Below are positions 11,036-25,024 of a stretch of DNA of 64,000 nt, piece by piece. The DNA is from Piromyces finnis finn (Eukaryota > Fungi > Neocallimastigomycota): contig MCFH01000007.1 in the NCBI GenBank assembly GCA_002104945.1, positions 434,001 to 498,000 of the forward strand. The letters run 5' to 3'. A model generated the notes under the pieces. It searched no databases, was not told the origin of the DNA, and saw only the letters and a program-made list of their open reading frames with translations. Numbering within the stretch: the first letter of the stretch is position 1; the number at the start of each line of letters is the position of its first letter. Made by a program: the position numbers and the translations under genes.

Positions 11036-12541
11036 TCATTTAGTAAATGGTATATTGTTCCAATTATTGTTTCTTATTTTTTAGGGATGTATATTGAATT
11101 TGTAAACTGCTATTCAAAGTTTCAGCTTTTTTAAATTTATTCAACAACTCTTTAAACTCTTTTAATTCTTCCATTTCTTCATTCAAGATAATATTTAATG
11201 AATTTATTAAACTTGATAGTTTATTGATCTATTATGAAGTAGAGTATAATAGTATAAAAAGGAAACAATTCAATATAATATACACTATATATATACATAT
11301 ATTTATATAATTAGGATTTTGTCATATATATATATATATATAAAAGTATTTACCTTTTCCAATTTTTCTTTTTGTTCTGTTAATATTTTTAAATTTTGTT
11401 CACATTCCTGAAATTGCCTTGTAAGATTTTCAATATCATTCGTAACAATACCTTGTGTTGTCATTTTTGAAGCCGTTGAATGTAAGGTTATTAAAAAATC
11501 TTCATATATTTTTTTAAATTTATTGAGTTGTGTTTCTATGGTAGTTATACATTCATTCTAAAGTAAAAGTACATATACACATATAATATTATTTAACCTT
11601 TTTCTTAAAGTTGATTGAATTATTAAAATATTTAATATTTATATATATTTACTTGGATATCTAAATCTTCATTCACTTTAATGGCATTACTTTTATTATA
11701 ATATTCTTCATTTAATTTATTATAAATATCTTTTTGTTTTGATATGTATTTATAGCCATTATACAATTGTTTCTATAGTTAAATTTAAAATAAATATAAA
11801 GTTTAAAAAAGGGTTTTCGTTTAGTATATGACATGACTATTATTATTAGGTTTTATGATTATTGTAAAATGTCAAATTAAAACAAGTAGACAATTATAAT
11901 TTCTTCTTAATTAATATACATATATATGTCAAGTAGATAATTATAATTTCTTCTTAATTAATATATATGTATAATATTTTTATACCTCTGCTTCTCTCTT
12001 TTGTGATTCATAGGCATCTGCCGTCATAGCATTGAGATATATCCATTGATTTAATTGCGTATTTAAATTAGTGACTTTTTCAAATTCCTGAATATTTACA
12101 TTAGTTGAACTAGTTAAACCGTACAATGATGAACTACGCCTTGAACCTGATGATGCTATTGTACTAGCTCCAGTTAACGGACTGGATACATTTTTTTTTA
12201 TTAAAGTTGGTGAAGTCAGTGGTGAACTATTTCTCTTTATTGGTTCTTTTGTTGTAGTTTTTAAAGTATTTGCCGTTGAGGAAGTAGAATTTGTTTTTGC
12301 TGGCCTATTACATATTAATGTTTTATATATAAAATAATAAAAAAGAAGTATTGGTATATAACATGATTTAACTTCAATTAAATTGTTAAATTTTCATTTT
12401 ATATATGTATATATATATTTTTTTAAAATAAATAATGGTTTAATAGATTTAATGATATTTTAAAATCATAATAATATAATTATACCTTATTCCTGGTGTT
12501 ATTGGTTTCTTTATTGTTGGCGTTGATTTTGATGAATGCAT
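11036..12541 (-). CDS. HAUS8: HAUS8/Hice1 (augmin subunit 8, QWRF-type)-like coiled-coil protein, 5 exons
   Basis: Not in the ORF track; spliced by hand. A basic S/T/P-rich N-terminus (MHSSKSTPTIKKPITPG) is followed by LNQWIYLNAMTADAYESQKREAEKQLYNG, which resembles the QW(R)F motif of HAUS8/QWRF proteins, then coiled coil to NIPFTK*. Confidence 0.6.
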
Positions 12542-14122
12542 TGTTGATAATAAATTTTATTTAAAAAAAAAAAAAAAAAAAATTCAAATTCCCACTTTTA
12601 ATAATAACAAATACACTTTTTTCTATTAATATTTATAATATTTATAATAAATACTCAACCATCCTTTTCTGCTCCTCCAAACCTCTCCTATCCAAATTTT
12701 ATTTGAGAAAATTAAAAAAATCATAATAAAACTTTAATAGCTAATAAAATCTCTATCTTACATAATGTAATATAAAATGTAGGAAAATGTAGAAATATAA
12801 TTATTATTATTTATAATATTAATTATTAGGTCATCAATACTATTAAAAAATAAAATATGTAATAATTACATTTTTAATATATGATGAAATGAATCATTTT
12901 AAAGCCTACAATATAATCAATAATATATTATTTATATTACATAGTATATTAGTTTATACTTGGTACTTCATCTTTTTTTTTTAAATCTTTTATTTTATTT
13001 GATAAATAATACTATTAATCAATAAAATATAATATATTATAATGTACTTTTAATATATTAATTGATAGAAAAAATCAAAGTAAAAAAATACAATAATATT
13101 AATATACTAATAATAATTGAAACAGTAATTATCAATATTATATAATAAATAATAATAATTATATAATAAATACTATTTATACTATTTATTAGTTAATTAT
13201 TATTATTTATTATATAATAATTTTAAATTTTTTTTTTTTTTTTTTTCTATTTTCTTTTTTCTTATACAGCCATTTTTATATTTATATTTTACTATTTGTT
13301 TTAATTTTAAATTGTATAAAAATATCTTGAAGATATTTTATATATATCTTTCACATAAATTATTACCACAAACATAGTATTTATTTCAATTAAAAATATT
13401 TAAATATATGTATGTATATATGTATATAAATAAAAAAAATAATAATAATATAGTTGGGACTCTGTAGCAACAACAACATCACCTACAATAACGAAAACTA
13501 TTACACCAAAAAAAAAATATTGAAAACAAAGTAGAAAATAAATAAACAAACAGACAAACAAAAAATAAAATCAAATTGTCACTTTATATTGAAATAATTT
13601 ATAGATTTATATAAATAAATTTAAAAAAAACAAGGATTTAATTAGTATTTTAAAGTAAATAAATAAATAAATAAAAAAGTTATATAAAATTCGCATTATG
13701 AATAATAAATAAAAATAATTTTATAACAAGAACAATGAATGTCATGAAAAATTTATGTTTATAGAGAATCAAGAAAAATTGATTTTGTTCAGATTATATC
13801 TCTATATATTTTTGAAATTATATCAAATAATAAAATTGTCATTTTGATAAAAAATTAATTACCATTATATTTCATAATATTTCTTAAAAGAATAATTGAT
13901 TGTGTATATGTCTATATTTTTTTAATATTTTTTAAATTTTCTTGAAAGGAAATGCTGAAGAATTAAAAATTTATAAAATATTCGACTATTAGATTTTTTT
14001 TTTTTGTAAAGAGAAAGTATTCATTAACATTTAGAAAAATTATCAATAATGAATAATCATGAACAACATGACCATACTTTAAAAACGATAATATAAGAAT
14101 ATTCGACAAATACTAGGAACAC

Positions 14123-14157
<35 letters not shown>

Positions 14158-14390
14158 AAATGCAAAATTTAAAATTCGAAAATGTGAAATGATGATTGAG
14201 AAAAATAAATCCATTTATTACTGAGATAACAAATCATCAAAAATTGTTTGAATATATATTTTTATTTGAAAAACTCAGAGCTCAAAATTATTTACTTTTT
14301 TTTTTGTTAATTAAAATAAAAATATTAATTCTTTTTTTTTTTTTTTAATTTCTTTATTTACTTTTAGCCACATAATATTTAATAGAAAAC

Positions 14391-16618
14391 ATGGATTCTA
14401 ACAAGAAACAGGGTGGATATATGCATAATCAACCTCAACATAATAACCATTATAACAATGGTAATAATAGAGGATATAATAATCACCATTCCAATAATTA
14501 CAATGGTAATAATAATAGACGTATGGACAAAAAGAAGCAAAACAATAACAATTCAAACAATGGTGGAAATAATTATCAATATGCTCAAAATGAAGCTGTT
14601 CAAGGTAATGAACAAAATGCAAATTACTATAACAATGTAGAAGAACAACAAACCCAACAACAACAACCACAACAAAATCAACCACAACAAGCTGTACCTG
14701 CTTATCACTATTATCCAGTTGTTCAACCACAACCAATCTTTTATGCTGACCCACATTATTACTCTTCTTCTCAACCACCACCAATTCAAGCTGCTGGTTC
14801 ACCAACTACTGTTGGTATGTACCCACCATCTGGTGTTATTGTTGCTACCACTCAAAACCTTCAAGTTCCAAATAGAGTAATGACTGCAATGCATCAAATC
14901 CCAATGTATCCATCTAATCAAATTGCTGGATATGTTCCACAACAAGGTCAACAAAACCATCAACAAAGATACAGCCGTCATAATAACAATAGACGTTCTC
15001 AAGGTTCATCTCCAAATGGTAATGGTCATTCTTCAACCACTACTAATATCTATATTAGTGGTTTAACTTCAGATGTTACTGATGAAAGTTTTGCCGAAAT
15101 GTGTAGCAGGTATGTGTTAATACCATATAAATGTCATTTTTTTTTTCGTATAAATTAAATTTTTTCAACTTGGTCTATTTATAATACTTGGGTATTAATA
15201 TGTTTAATACAATATTTTTTATGTTAATATTTATCATGCTAAATCAAAAGCTATGGTAAAATTGTTTCATCAAAGGCTATAATTAACACTGAAACTAATG
15301 AATGTAAGGGTTTCGGTTTTGTTATGTATGAAAATGAAGAACAAGCCAGAAATGCTATGGATCAACTTAACAAGAAGGGTTACCATGTTTCATTTGCAAA
15401 GGTATATACAATAATGGTTTATTGTTTTAATTGTATATTATAATCATGGAAGCTAATTTAAATTTATTTATTGTAAATAATAAGGATTCATTAAGTGCTC
15501 GTCTTAAAAATCTTCAAGATGAAGAATCAACCAATATTTATATATCTAATATTCCATTATCAATGACAGATGAAGTAACTATTTAACATTCAAAAATCAA
15601 TAATTATTAAAGAATAGGTTTTTTATTCCTATTTTTATTTTATTTATTTATTTATTTTTAATTAATGATTATTATAAAAATTTATTAAAATAGGAATTTT
15701 TAGAGTTATTTGCACCACATAATGTTATTTCTCATACTATCTTAAAGGATCAAAATGGTGTAAGTCGTGGTGTCGGTTTTGCTCGGTAACTATAAAAAGA
15801 TTTATATTTTATAGTTTTATTTTAATTACCTATTCTATTAATTCATAGAGTATATATATATACCTATTACTCATCATTTATTATTATTCTTGTTATTGTT
15901 ATTATTGTTATTTATTTTTTTTTTTAAAAAAAAACAGTTTCCAAACCAGAGAAATTGCTAAAGAAATTATTGAAAAGTACAATAATATTAAATTAGAAGG
16001 TAGTACAAACTCTTTACAAGTCAGATTTGCTGATAGTAATGCTCAAAAGAAATTAAAGGAACAAGTTGCTAATAAGAAATACAATTCTACTCCAAAGATT
16101 AGATATCAAGTAAAGTTGCTTTTTTTTTTTCTCCCATATTTTTCCATATTTTTCATCCTATCCATAGTTATCTAATAAAAAATCTTGAAATTTTTAAAAA
16201 AAATTATATAGAATAATATGGCTTCTCCAGAACAAATGATTACCTACCAATACTATGGTTCTCCAGTTATTCCACCAACAAGGTATAGACTTTTTTTTTT
16301 TATTTTCTTTATATTAGAAATATTAATTTTTATTTTATATAAAAATAAATCAGTCCATTACCAATGCCAGCCCAAGTTCCAATTATTTCACCAAATCTTT
16401 ACCCAGGAATGTTCAGTCCAATGATGCCACCAGCTAGTCCATCTTTAATATACATTGATAATATGAATGATAACTCTAATATGAACGAAGGATATGATTC
16501 ACCATCTGAAAGTATGAATTCCCCAGTAAATACATCCTCAACTTCTGACCCAAAAGTTGATAAACTTTCTATGAATATGCAAAATAAATTAAGAATTAAT
16601 GATGAAATGGGAAATTAA
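14391..16618 (+). CDS. Two-RRM RNA-binding protein of the RBMS/MSSP (Shep, Spo5-like) type with an N/Q-rich N-terminus
   Basis: Spliced: TNIYISGL...YGKIVSSKAI...CKGFGFVMY, then TNIYISNIP...SRGVGFARF...LQVRFADS; stop 16616-16618. Confidence 0.85.
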
Positions 16619-18650
16619 ATAATTTAACAATAAAAACAACACAAAATCTAAAAAAAAAAGTAATAAGAATGATATTAAAAAAGGTCCTATTGAACCCACT
16701 ACAAAAAATTAATTTATATATATGCTCCTTTTTTTTTGTCAGGAAAAAAAAAACTTTTTATTATTAAAAAATGATGCATAATCTTTTTCATTAATAACAA
16801 TATCAACAGTTTGAAAAAAAAATTTTTTTCTTTAATATAATTTGAATTTATGCAGTCAATAAAAAAATCAGTTCTTTTTATATTTGAAATTTTTTATAAT
16901 ATTATGATAAAATAAAAAGCAACTAACAGCAAAAACAAAACAAAACAAAAAAGGACAAGTAATTAATAGCTATTTTTTAGTTTTTATATATACAACTAAT
17001 AATAGTAATCAATAATAATAATATAATAATAATAATATAATAATAATATATAAAAAAAACAAGTAATAATACAACAACAACAACAACAAAAAAAAAAAAA
17101 GAAATAATATCATCCTCAATTCAATTAAAGAAAAAAAAAAAAGCAGAAAAAAACTATAAAAAAAGGACAAGAAAATTTTAATTTTTTAATGTTAAAAATT
17201 TTATTATTTATTTTACTTTTTTTTTTAATCCTTTTCTTTTATATATATATTAATTTTTCCTAATTTTATTTACAACCTTTTTTTCTATTCATTTGATCTT
17301 TTTTTTTTTTTTTTATCATTTTTATCTATCCTTTCATAATTATCATAGAATTTTAAAATTTCTTTTTCGTAAACATAATGATAAAAAAAATTTTTAAATA
17401 TAAATTGTTTTTTTTTTTTTTTTATTTTTTTATACATATTTTTTTTTAAATTTTTTTTCAAATCTTCTTTTAAAAAAAAAAAAAAAGAACATAAAAAACA
17501 ATAACAAAAAAAAAAAAAAAAAAAAAAAAAAAAGCAAATATTTACTAATAATACTACTACTAATAATGCTAATAATAAAAAACAAAACAAAATAAAATAA
17601 AATAAAAAAAAGTATAAATTTAATAATTCAATATAAATGCACTCATCCTTATAATAAAATAATAATAAAAAATAATGAGAAAAAAAAAAAAAAAAGATTA
17701 AAGCAGTTAAAAAAAAAATAGATAGATTTAAATTAAATAATAAAAAAAAAAAAAAAAAAAAAAAAAGGAAAATTGTAATAATAAAGAAAAGAAAAAAAAA
17801 AAAAAAACACTTTTTTTTTAGATATAATAAAATAAAGCAATAAATTAAGTGATTAAGTGTGTTTTACTTTTTTTTTTTTTTTTTTTTAGTAAGGTAGTTT
17901 GAAGAAATGAATTTTTCAAAGGGTGTGGAAATAAAGGATAATTTTAAAAAATCATTGGGTCCCTTCTCTCCCCCTCCTCCCCATACTTGATTAATGTTAC
18001 TTTATTTCCAACCATAAAAAATGAATAGTAATAGTAATCATTAGCATTATATTTTTTTTATTATTTAATTTTTTTCATTAGGTATTTTTATTTTATAACA
18101 TTTTTTTTATTAAATTAAAAATATATTCCTCTTTATTAAAATATATATTAAAAAAAAAAAAATTAAAAGTTTTTTTTTTTATAATAAATATATTTATTTT
18201 TTTTTTTTTACTTTTTTTTTTTTTATTTCTACTAAAAACAACCAAAAACAACCAAACAATGCATTTAAGAACTAAAAAACTTTTTTAGTTTTTTTTTTTT
18301 TTTTATTTCTCTTTTAATTATTAAAAAAAATTTCAAATTTCATTTTTTTTTTTTTTACTTTAAAATGTATTTACATTAAACGTTGAAATTAAAATTACAT
18401 TATTGTAGAATGTAGTTTATAATGTAGCGCAAAGTATTTTTCAAAAAAAAAAAAAAAATTTTAATTATTATTAAAAAAAATTATTATTATTTAATTATTA
18501 ATAAAAAATAAAAACATTTTATTATAAAGTTTTTTTTTTATTAACGAAATTCTTATCTAAATTTTAACATAAATAATAGTAAAAAAAAAAAAAAAAAAAA
18601 AAAGGAAAGAAAAAGAAGAGAATATATAGATATATCTTTAAAAACAAAGA

Positions 18651-18766
18651 ATGACAATAAAATATTCACATAATAATAAAAAAGATAATGACCTTATTTG
18701 TAAATGGAAAAACTGTTATACTCAATTTAAAACTTTAGGTGAATTAGTTAAACATGTAAAGTAAGT

Positions 18767-18797
<31 letters not shown>

Positions 18798-20957
18798 GAA
18801 TTATTTAAATTCCCAAATTGCAATATTAATACTCTATTGAATATGAAATGTTGTATCATTTAAAAGTGAAATTCATTGTAATGATTCAAGAAAAGAAAGG
18901 TAAATTTACTATTTTAAAAATATTTATACAATAAATTTCTTGACATTTCTTTTCCATAATAATTTATTAATTCGAAATTTTTTTTTTTTTTAAATGTAAA
19001 TTTTAAAATTTATTAATATATATATACTTATTGAATTTGGTAGAAAAGGAAATAAAACAGGTTTAAGTTGTCAATGGGAAGATTGTTGGGGACATAATAG
19101 TTTATCATTTACTACGCCAAAACGTTTAATTGAACATATGAGAGCTCATACCTGTGAAAAACCTTTTATAGTAATTTTTTTTTTATATATATATATTCCA
19201 TTTTCATTTTCATTTCTATATCTATTATTGTTATTATTATTTTATAATAAAAATTGTAAATTTAAAAATTATATTTTTTAATTATATCATTATTATTATT
19301 ATTATTATTATTTCCCCCCATTATTTTAAATGGATTCTTTTAAAATTTTATAATAGTGCCCAGTTGATACTTGTCATATGAGATTTTCGTTAAAGTCTAA
19401 TTGTATAGCTCACCAAAAAACGAAACATGGACGTTGTCTTAAACCCATTGAAATTGATATTACTCAGAATAACAGTGAAAATGCGTTATATACAGCAGAA
19501 TTTATAAATAAAGATAAAAAAAAAAATGTGGTAACAAAGAGTCATAAAATGGTAATAAAATTATTATTTATTATATCTATTTCTACCTATTAACTAAATA
19601 AAAAAAAAAAAAATAATAGATTAATTATCCATTATTATTATAAAAATTCAATAAACATTTTTATTATTAAAAACAACAACAACAACAACATCATATATAT
19701 AAATATATTTTAATTATTTATTACTATATAATAAATTATATTTAAATTCATATGTAAAGAAACGTCCATTGGGAAATGATACCAATTCAATCAATGAAAT
19801 TAATCCCATTGTTAAGAAAACCAAGACAAAAATTGATGTATTTATTATTAATCTTATTTTTTTTTCTTATTAAAATTTTATTTTATTTTTAGTATACTGT
19901 AAAATGAGTAAATTGCAAATTAGTAATTTGTTATTAACATTTTAAATTTATATATATAAAATAATATTGCTGCTGCAATGGGTAAACTATTATTATAGAA
20001 AACTACATTATCTACACCATCATTTTTAAAGAAAGAAATAAAGACATTTAATGATTTAAAGCGTAGTATATATAAAAAATTTTTATTCACCCAATATTTT
20101 ATTCAGGATATTCAAAGTATTAGTGAAAATTCGGTAAATATGACGTCCTCTTTTTTTTTTTTTTTTTATTTATAAAAATTTTAATATTTTATAAAAGCAA
20201 ATTGTTTGTAGTAATTGATGCCTACCGATAATAACACATACCTCTATTATACCCATGATATTAATAGGAAATGATGAATGATTTGGGTGAAAAGGCTTAT
20301 TTTAATGAAATTAAAAATATGGAAAGGAAATTTACAAAGGCTTCTACAGAATTATTAAGTCTTTTAGAATCAGTAGATGATAAAATACTGCCAGATTTAA
20401 AATCATGTCTTGAAAGGAATTCGATGAAAAAGCATAAGGAAGTCGATGAATCCCCTAAAACCAAGAATAAAAATGAAACTTCAAAGGATCTATCCTCATC
20501 TAAAATCAATGAAAATAATGGCAATAATATTACCACCAAGAATGATACCGATGCTAATAAAATGAAGACCTCTATAAATGATAGTAATCCTAATGAGTTA
20601 TTACCATCAATTAATAACTCTAATACTAATAATACCAGTTATACCAATGATAATAATAAAAATGATCCTAATGAATTATTACCATCAACTAATACTAGAG
20701 ATACCAATGCAAAGGCTGATAGTAATAATAATAATAATAATAGTAATAATAATAATACAATAAATGATAATGATAATAGTAATATGATAAATGATAATAA
20801 TATAATAAATAATACAATAAATAATAATACGATAAATGATAATAGTAATAATATTGTTAGTAAAGATAGTCCCCAGACCATAAATACAAATACATTTAAT
20901 TCACACCCTTCGAATCTCGATTTATTAAGTTCTGCAATAGATATACTAAATTTATAA
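18651..20957 (+). CDS. C2H2 zinc-finger transcription factor, three fingers with tandem CWCH2 (Gli/Zic/PacC/Zap1-type) and an N-rich C-terminus
   Basis: Spliced: CKWKNC...HVNEIH, CQWEDC...HMRAH-TCEKPF, CPVDTC...HQKTKH; bipartite NLS-like KRPLG...KKTK. Middle exons are uncertain. Confidence 0.85.
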
Positions 20958-22445
20958 ATATAAATAACCCATCAGCCACATTCACAGAAATAAAACTTAA
21001 CAACAATAATTATTACATATTATTATTATTTTTATTTCATTATACTACAATTTTTTATAGACTTTTTTATAACATCTATACCACCACTACCAACCATTTA
21101 AAATAAAACAATTTTGGATAATTTTTAATATTTTTTTATATAAAAATATACTTTTTTTTTTCTTTAATCGTGAATACTAAGTAGATTTTTTTTGTAATAT
21201 AAAAATTTTAATTTATTTTTAAAGCCTACAAAATATATGTAATATAAATTTTTAAATGTATAATACATTTATTACATAATGTACAATCCTTTTTATTTAT
21301 CTTTTTTCTTTTACGCTTTCCTAAAGCGCCTACAACTTTTTGTTTTTAAAATAATATATAGATATGTTTATATATGTTTATATATGTATTTTTTTTTTAT
21401 TTTGAATTTTGAATTTTGAATTTTAAACTCTGTATAAAAGATAATGACAGATACATATAAATATATTTGTTATAAATGCATTAAAGACATAAAACATAAA
21501 TATCTTAATATATATATATATAATTGTAATCTAATTATTTATATGTATAAATGTTTTTTTTTTTTTTTTTTACTATTCACTTTGCTTATTTTTAATGGTT
21601 TTAAATGAAAAAGGTATTTTTACTATGTATTTTTAAAAATTTTGTATTATACTTTAGAATACCTTTTTTTTTTTTTTAAAGAAAAAGATTGAGAATGAAC
21701 ACTGCTGTTGTTATCTCTTTAATAACCATTTACAAATTAACAAACTTTATTTAATAAAATTTATATTATAAAACTGTGCATTTCTTAGCTGTCTACATAT
21801 TTCTATACATAAAGTTTTAAAAGTTTTATAATTTTTTTTTTTAATATGATAATATAATTATAACACACACACACACTATTCCTTATTTTATCATCATACT
21901 ATGCAAAATTAATGAGGCCATGGTCATGTATTAATAAAAAGTATTATAAAAGTCGGTGTGTGTATTATAAAAAAACTAACTTTTTGAATTTGATGGATGA
22001 TTTTTACCATTCCATTATATTAAATTAATAATATATTAATATTAAGAAATAAATACATTGTAATATATAGTTTTATTTAAATTATACTTTTTTTAATAAT
22101 AGAAAAATTTAATATCTTTTAATAATTCTAATAAATTTACTTATTAAAAATATATATTAATAAAATATATTAAGCAATTCAATTTAATATATTAATAATA
22201 GATTGTATAATATATTGAATTCTTTAATATCTTTTTCTTACACACCACAAAACTAAAATAATAATAATAATAATAATAAAATATTATAAAAAATATATAA
22301 TAAAATATATAGTAAATAATAATTATAATTAAAAAGTATATTAATTAATTAATTATTATTATTATTATTATTATATATAATTTTTTTTTCCTTTTATTTT
22401 TTTATTATTAAAAAAGTAATACATTAAAAGTTAAAATTATTATTT

Positions 22446-24846
22446 ATGAGCTCAGCAGCATCACAATCCCAAAAACCAGCTTTACAAGGAGTAAAGAATA
22501 AACAAAGAAAGGTAATAACTTGAATTCTGAAAATATACTATTTATTATTTAAATATTTAATTTTTGGGAAAACACAACAACTTTAAAACCATTGAAAAGT
22601 AATAATTGATTGATTAAAGTTAATTTTATTTCAGTGTCAATTAAACTATTAAATATCCGTTTCGATGATAATACATATTTTAATAAAAGATTTATAGTTA
22701 TTAGTTGAAAATTATTAAACCTTTATTTTTTTTTTTTTAAATTCATATTTTATATCCCACCTTTTTTTTTTTATTATAAATTTTATTAAATGGTTAAAAT
22801 TTATTAATTTATTATTATTTTTATTTTTATTTTTATTTTTTTTTATAAATTTTAAACAATTTTAATAGGCAGCTAAAGTTGTTAAACACGATCCAGGATC
22901 CTTCCAAAGCAGTTTATTAACTTCAATTATTGAAGAAGGTGATAGTATTATTGGTGATTTTGACAAGTATTTAAAAATAATTGAAGACCAATCTAATAAA
23001 CTTGATTTTAAAAGATATTCTGAAACTTTATGCGAACTTTTAGTAATTGGTGGTCAATTAGGTAAATAATGTGTTTTTAATAAAATTTCTTTTTTTGAGT
23101 TCATTTTATATCCAATTTTTAAAATAGTAGTATATTATTGAAATAGTAAATGATATTTATTTAAATATGCATATATTAATGAATTTTTAATAATAAACAT
23201 TATTTCATTTTTTTAAATGGAATTATAGTTCCTGGAGGTATTCTTACTGAAGATGGTTTAAATCCAATGTGTCTTTTTGAAACTGATGAAAAACCAGAAA
23301 CTGTTAGAAAACATGTCGAAGTTTTTGAAAAATTAAAGCGTCGTTATAAGGTATTTTTTTTTTTTTTTCTAATTTTATTTTATAAAATATTTATCTTTAT
23401 TAATTTAATTTTGAATCGATCTAAAATCTTTTTCTTTTTATTACTTTATAATACATTCATATATATATGTATATAATGTATATGATATATATAATATGCT
23501 AAAATAAAATTCCTTATTATATCGATAAAATAGTATCTCGAAAGAGCTATGGAAAATAGTTTACCACACATTTTACAACATATTAATAGCTGGACTGAAC
23601 TTCAAAACTTAAAGTTGGAAACTTATATTGGTATTGCTTGTGCTGCTCAAGAAATTCCACTTAGTATTCTTTCATGCTTAAATAAAGATTATTTAGTAAA
23701 GGAAGGTGCTTCTCTTCGTTTTATTACTCAAGTATTTAAGGTTTATCTTCAAGAACAATCTATTGAACATTTCAGTAAGTTTTGAGTTATAATTATAATA
23801 TTCGTTTTTGAAAAAATAATTATATTTATTTTATTTTTAAAACAGCTCACAATTTAAAGAAATCAAAGCTTGATGGTAATTTATTACTTTTCTTCCCACA
23901 AAATAAGAGAACTGATGATTATTTATCTCGTCACTTCATCGCTGAAGATCTTCAACAAATTGTCGATATTTACAAGAACAAGAAGTTAGAAGATACCAAA
24001 AAATTAATTATCAAGACTTTAGAAACTATGTATGAAGATGAAGAAAAACCACAAGAAGTAAGTCTTATTTATACAAATAATATTTATTATTGAAAGTAAA
24101 AAATAGATTCATTAATTTTTTTATTTTGCTTTTGCATCATCAAAAAAAAAAAAAATTTAAAATTATAAAATATAGATTGTTTCTTATCTCAAGAATGAAA
24201 TGGTCGCTAACAAAGAATGGAATGAATCTGACATTACTAAATGCATTTGGGATGCCATTGATTTCGGTAATAAGCCAGATCAAATGGAATCTCAAATTAA
24301 GCGTCAATTAGAAGTAAGTTTAAAGTGTAGATCAAAGAAAGAGAAAATATATATATATTCATAAACTAATGAATAATATCATTTGTTATTATTATATTAT
24401 TTTGTTGCTATTATTATACATTATTATTGTAAATCCTTTATACTTTATACAGTTCTGGAGTCCAATTTTAGAAGTCTTCACAACTTCACCAAAAACTGAA
24501 ATTAATTTACTTTGTAAGGTCCAAAAGGCTTGTTACGAAGATGTTAAATTAATGAAATACTTCCGTCACGCTATTTATTGCTTATACCAAGGTGATGTTT
24601 TATCTGAAGCTGCTATTTTATACTGGTCTGAAAAGGCTATGTTACCACAAGGAAAGAACGTTTTCGCAAAACAAATGGCTCCATTTATTGGTGAGATATT
24701 TATAGTTTTAATGTTTAGATAGATTCAATAGTCTTTTAATTTTTCTAATCAAATTATTTTATATGAAAAAAATATTACCTCTTATTCATCGATATATAGA
24801 TTGGTTAAAGAATGCTGAAGATGAAGATGATTCTGATGAAGAATAA
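22446..24846 (+). CDS. BZW2: eIF5-mimic protein (5MP / BZW1/2)
   Basis: N-terminal KPALQGVKNKQRK, a W2 domain (LYQGDVLSEAAILYW) and a C-terminal AA-box FIDWLKNAEDEDD; stop 24844-24846. Confidence 0.9.
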
Positions 24847-24991
24847 GAAATTAACAGTACTTTTTCAATTTTTTTTTTTTAATTTAAAAAAAAAAAAGTA
24901 ATCAAAAAAATAAAAAAACAAACAAAAAAAAAAAAACATAAATAATAACAAAAATTTTTTATCGTAATATCAATTAATAATTAAAAATAAG

Positions 24992-25024
<33 letters not shown>

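Noticed and set aside
14398-15002. Overlapping alternative-frame and antisense ORFs (also at 20297-20881, 40124-40607, 57460-59792)
   Set aside because: Shadow ORFs of low-complexity or codon-biased coding sequence; no independent signals.
17285-17590. 101-aa poly-F/K ORF
   Set aside because: Homopolymer artefact in UTR or intergenic DNA.
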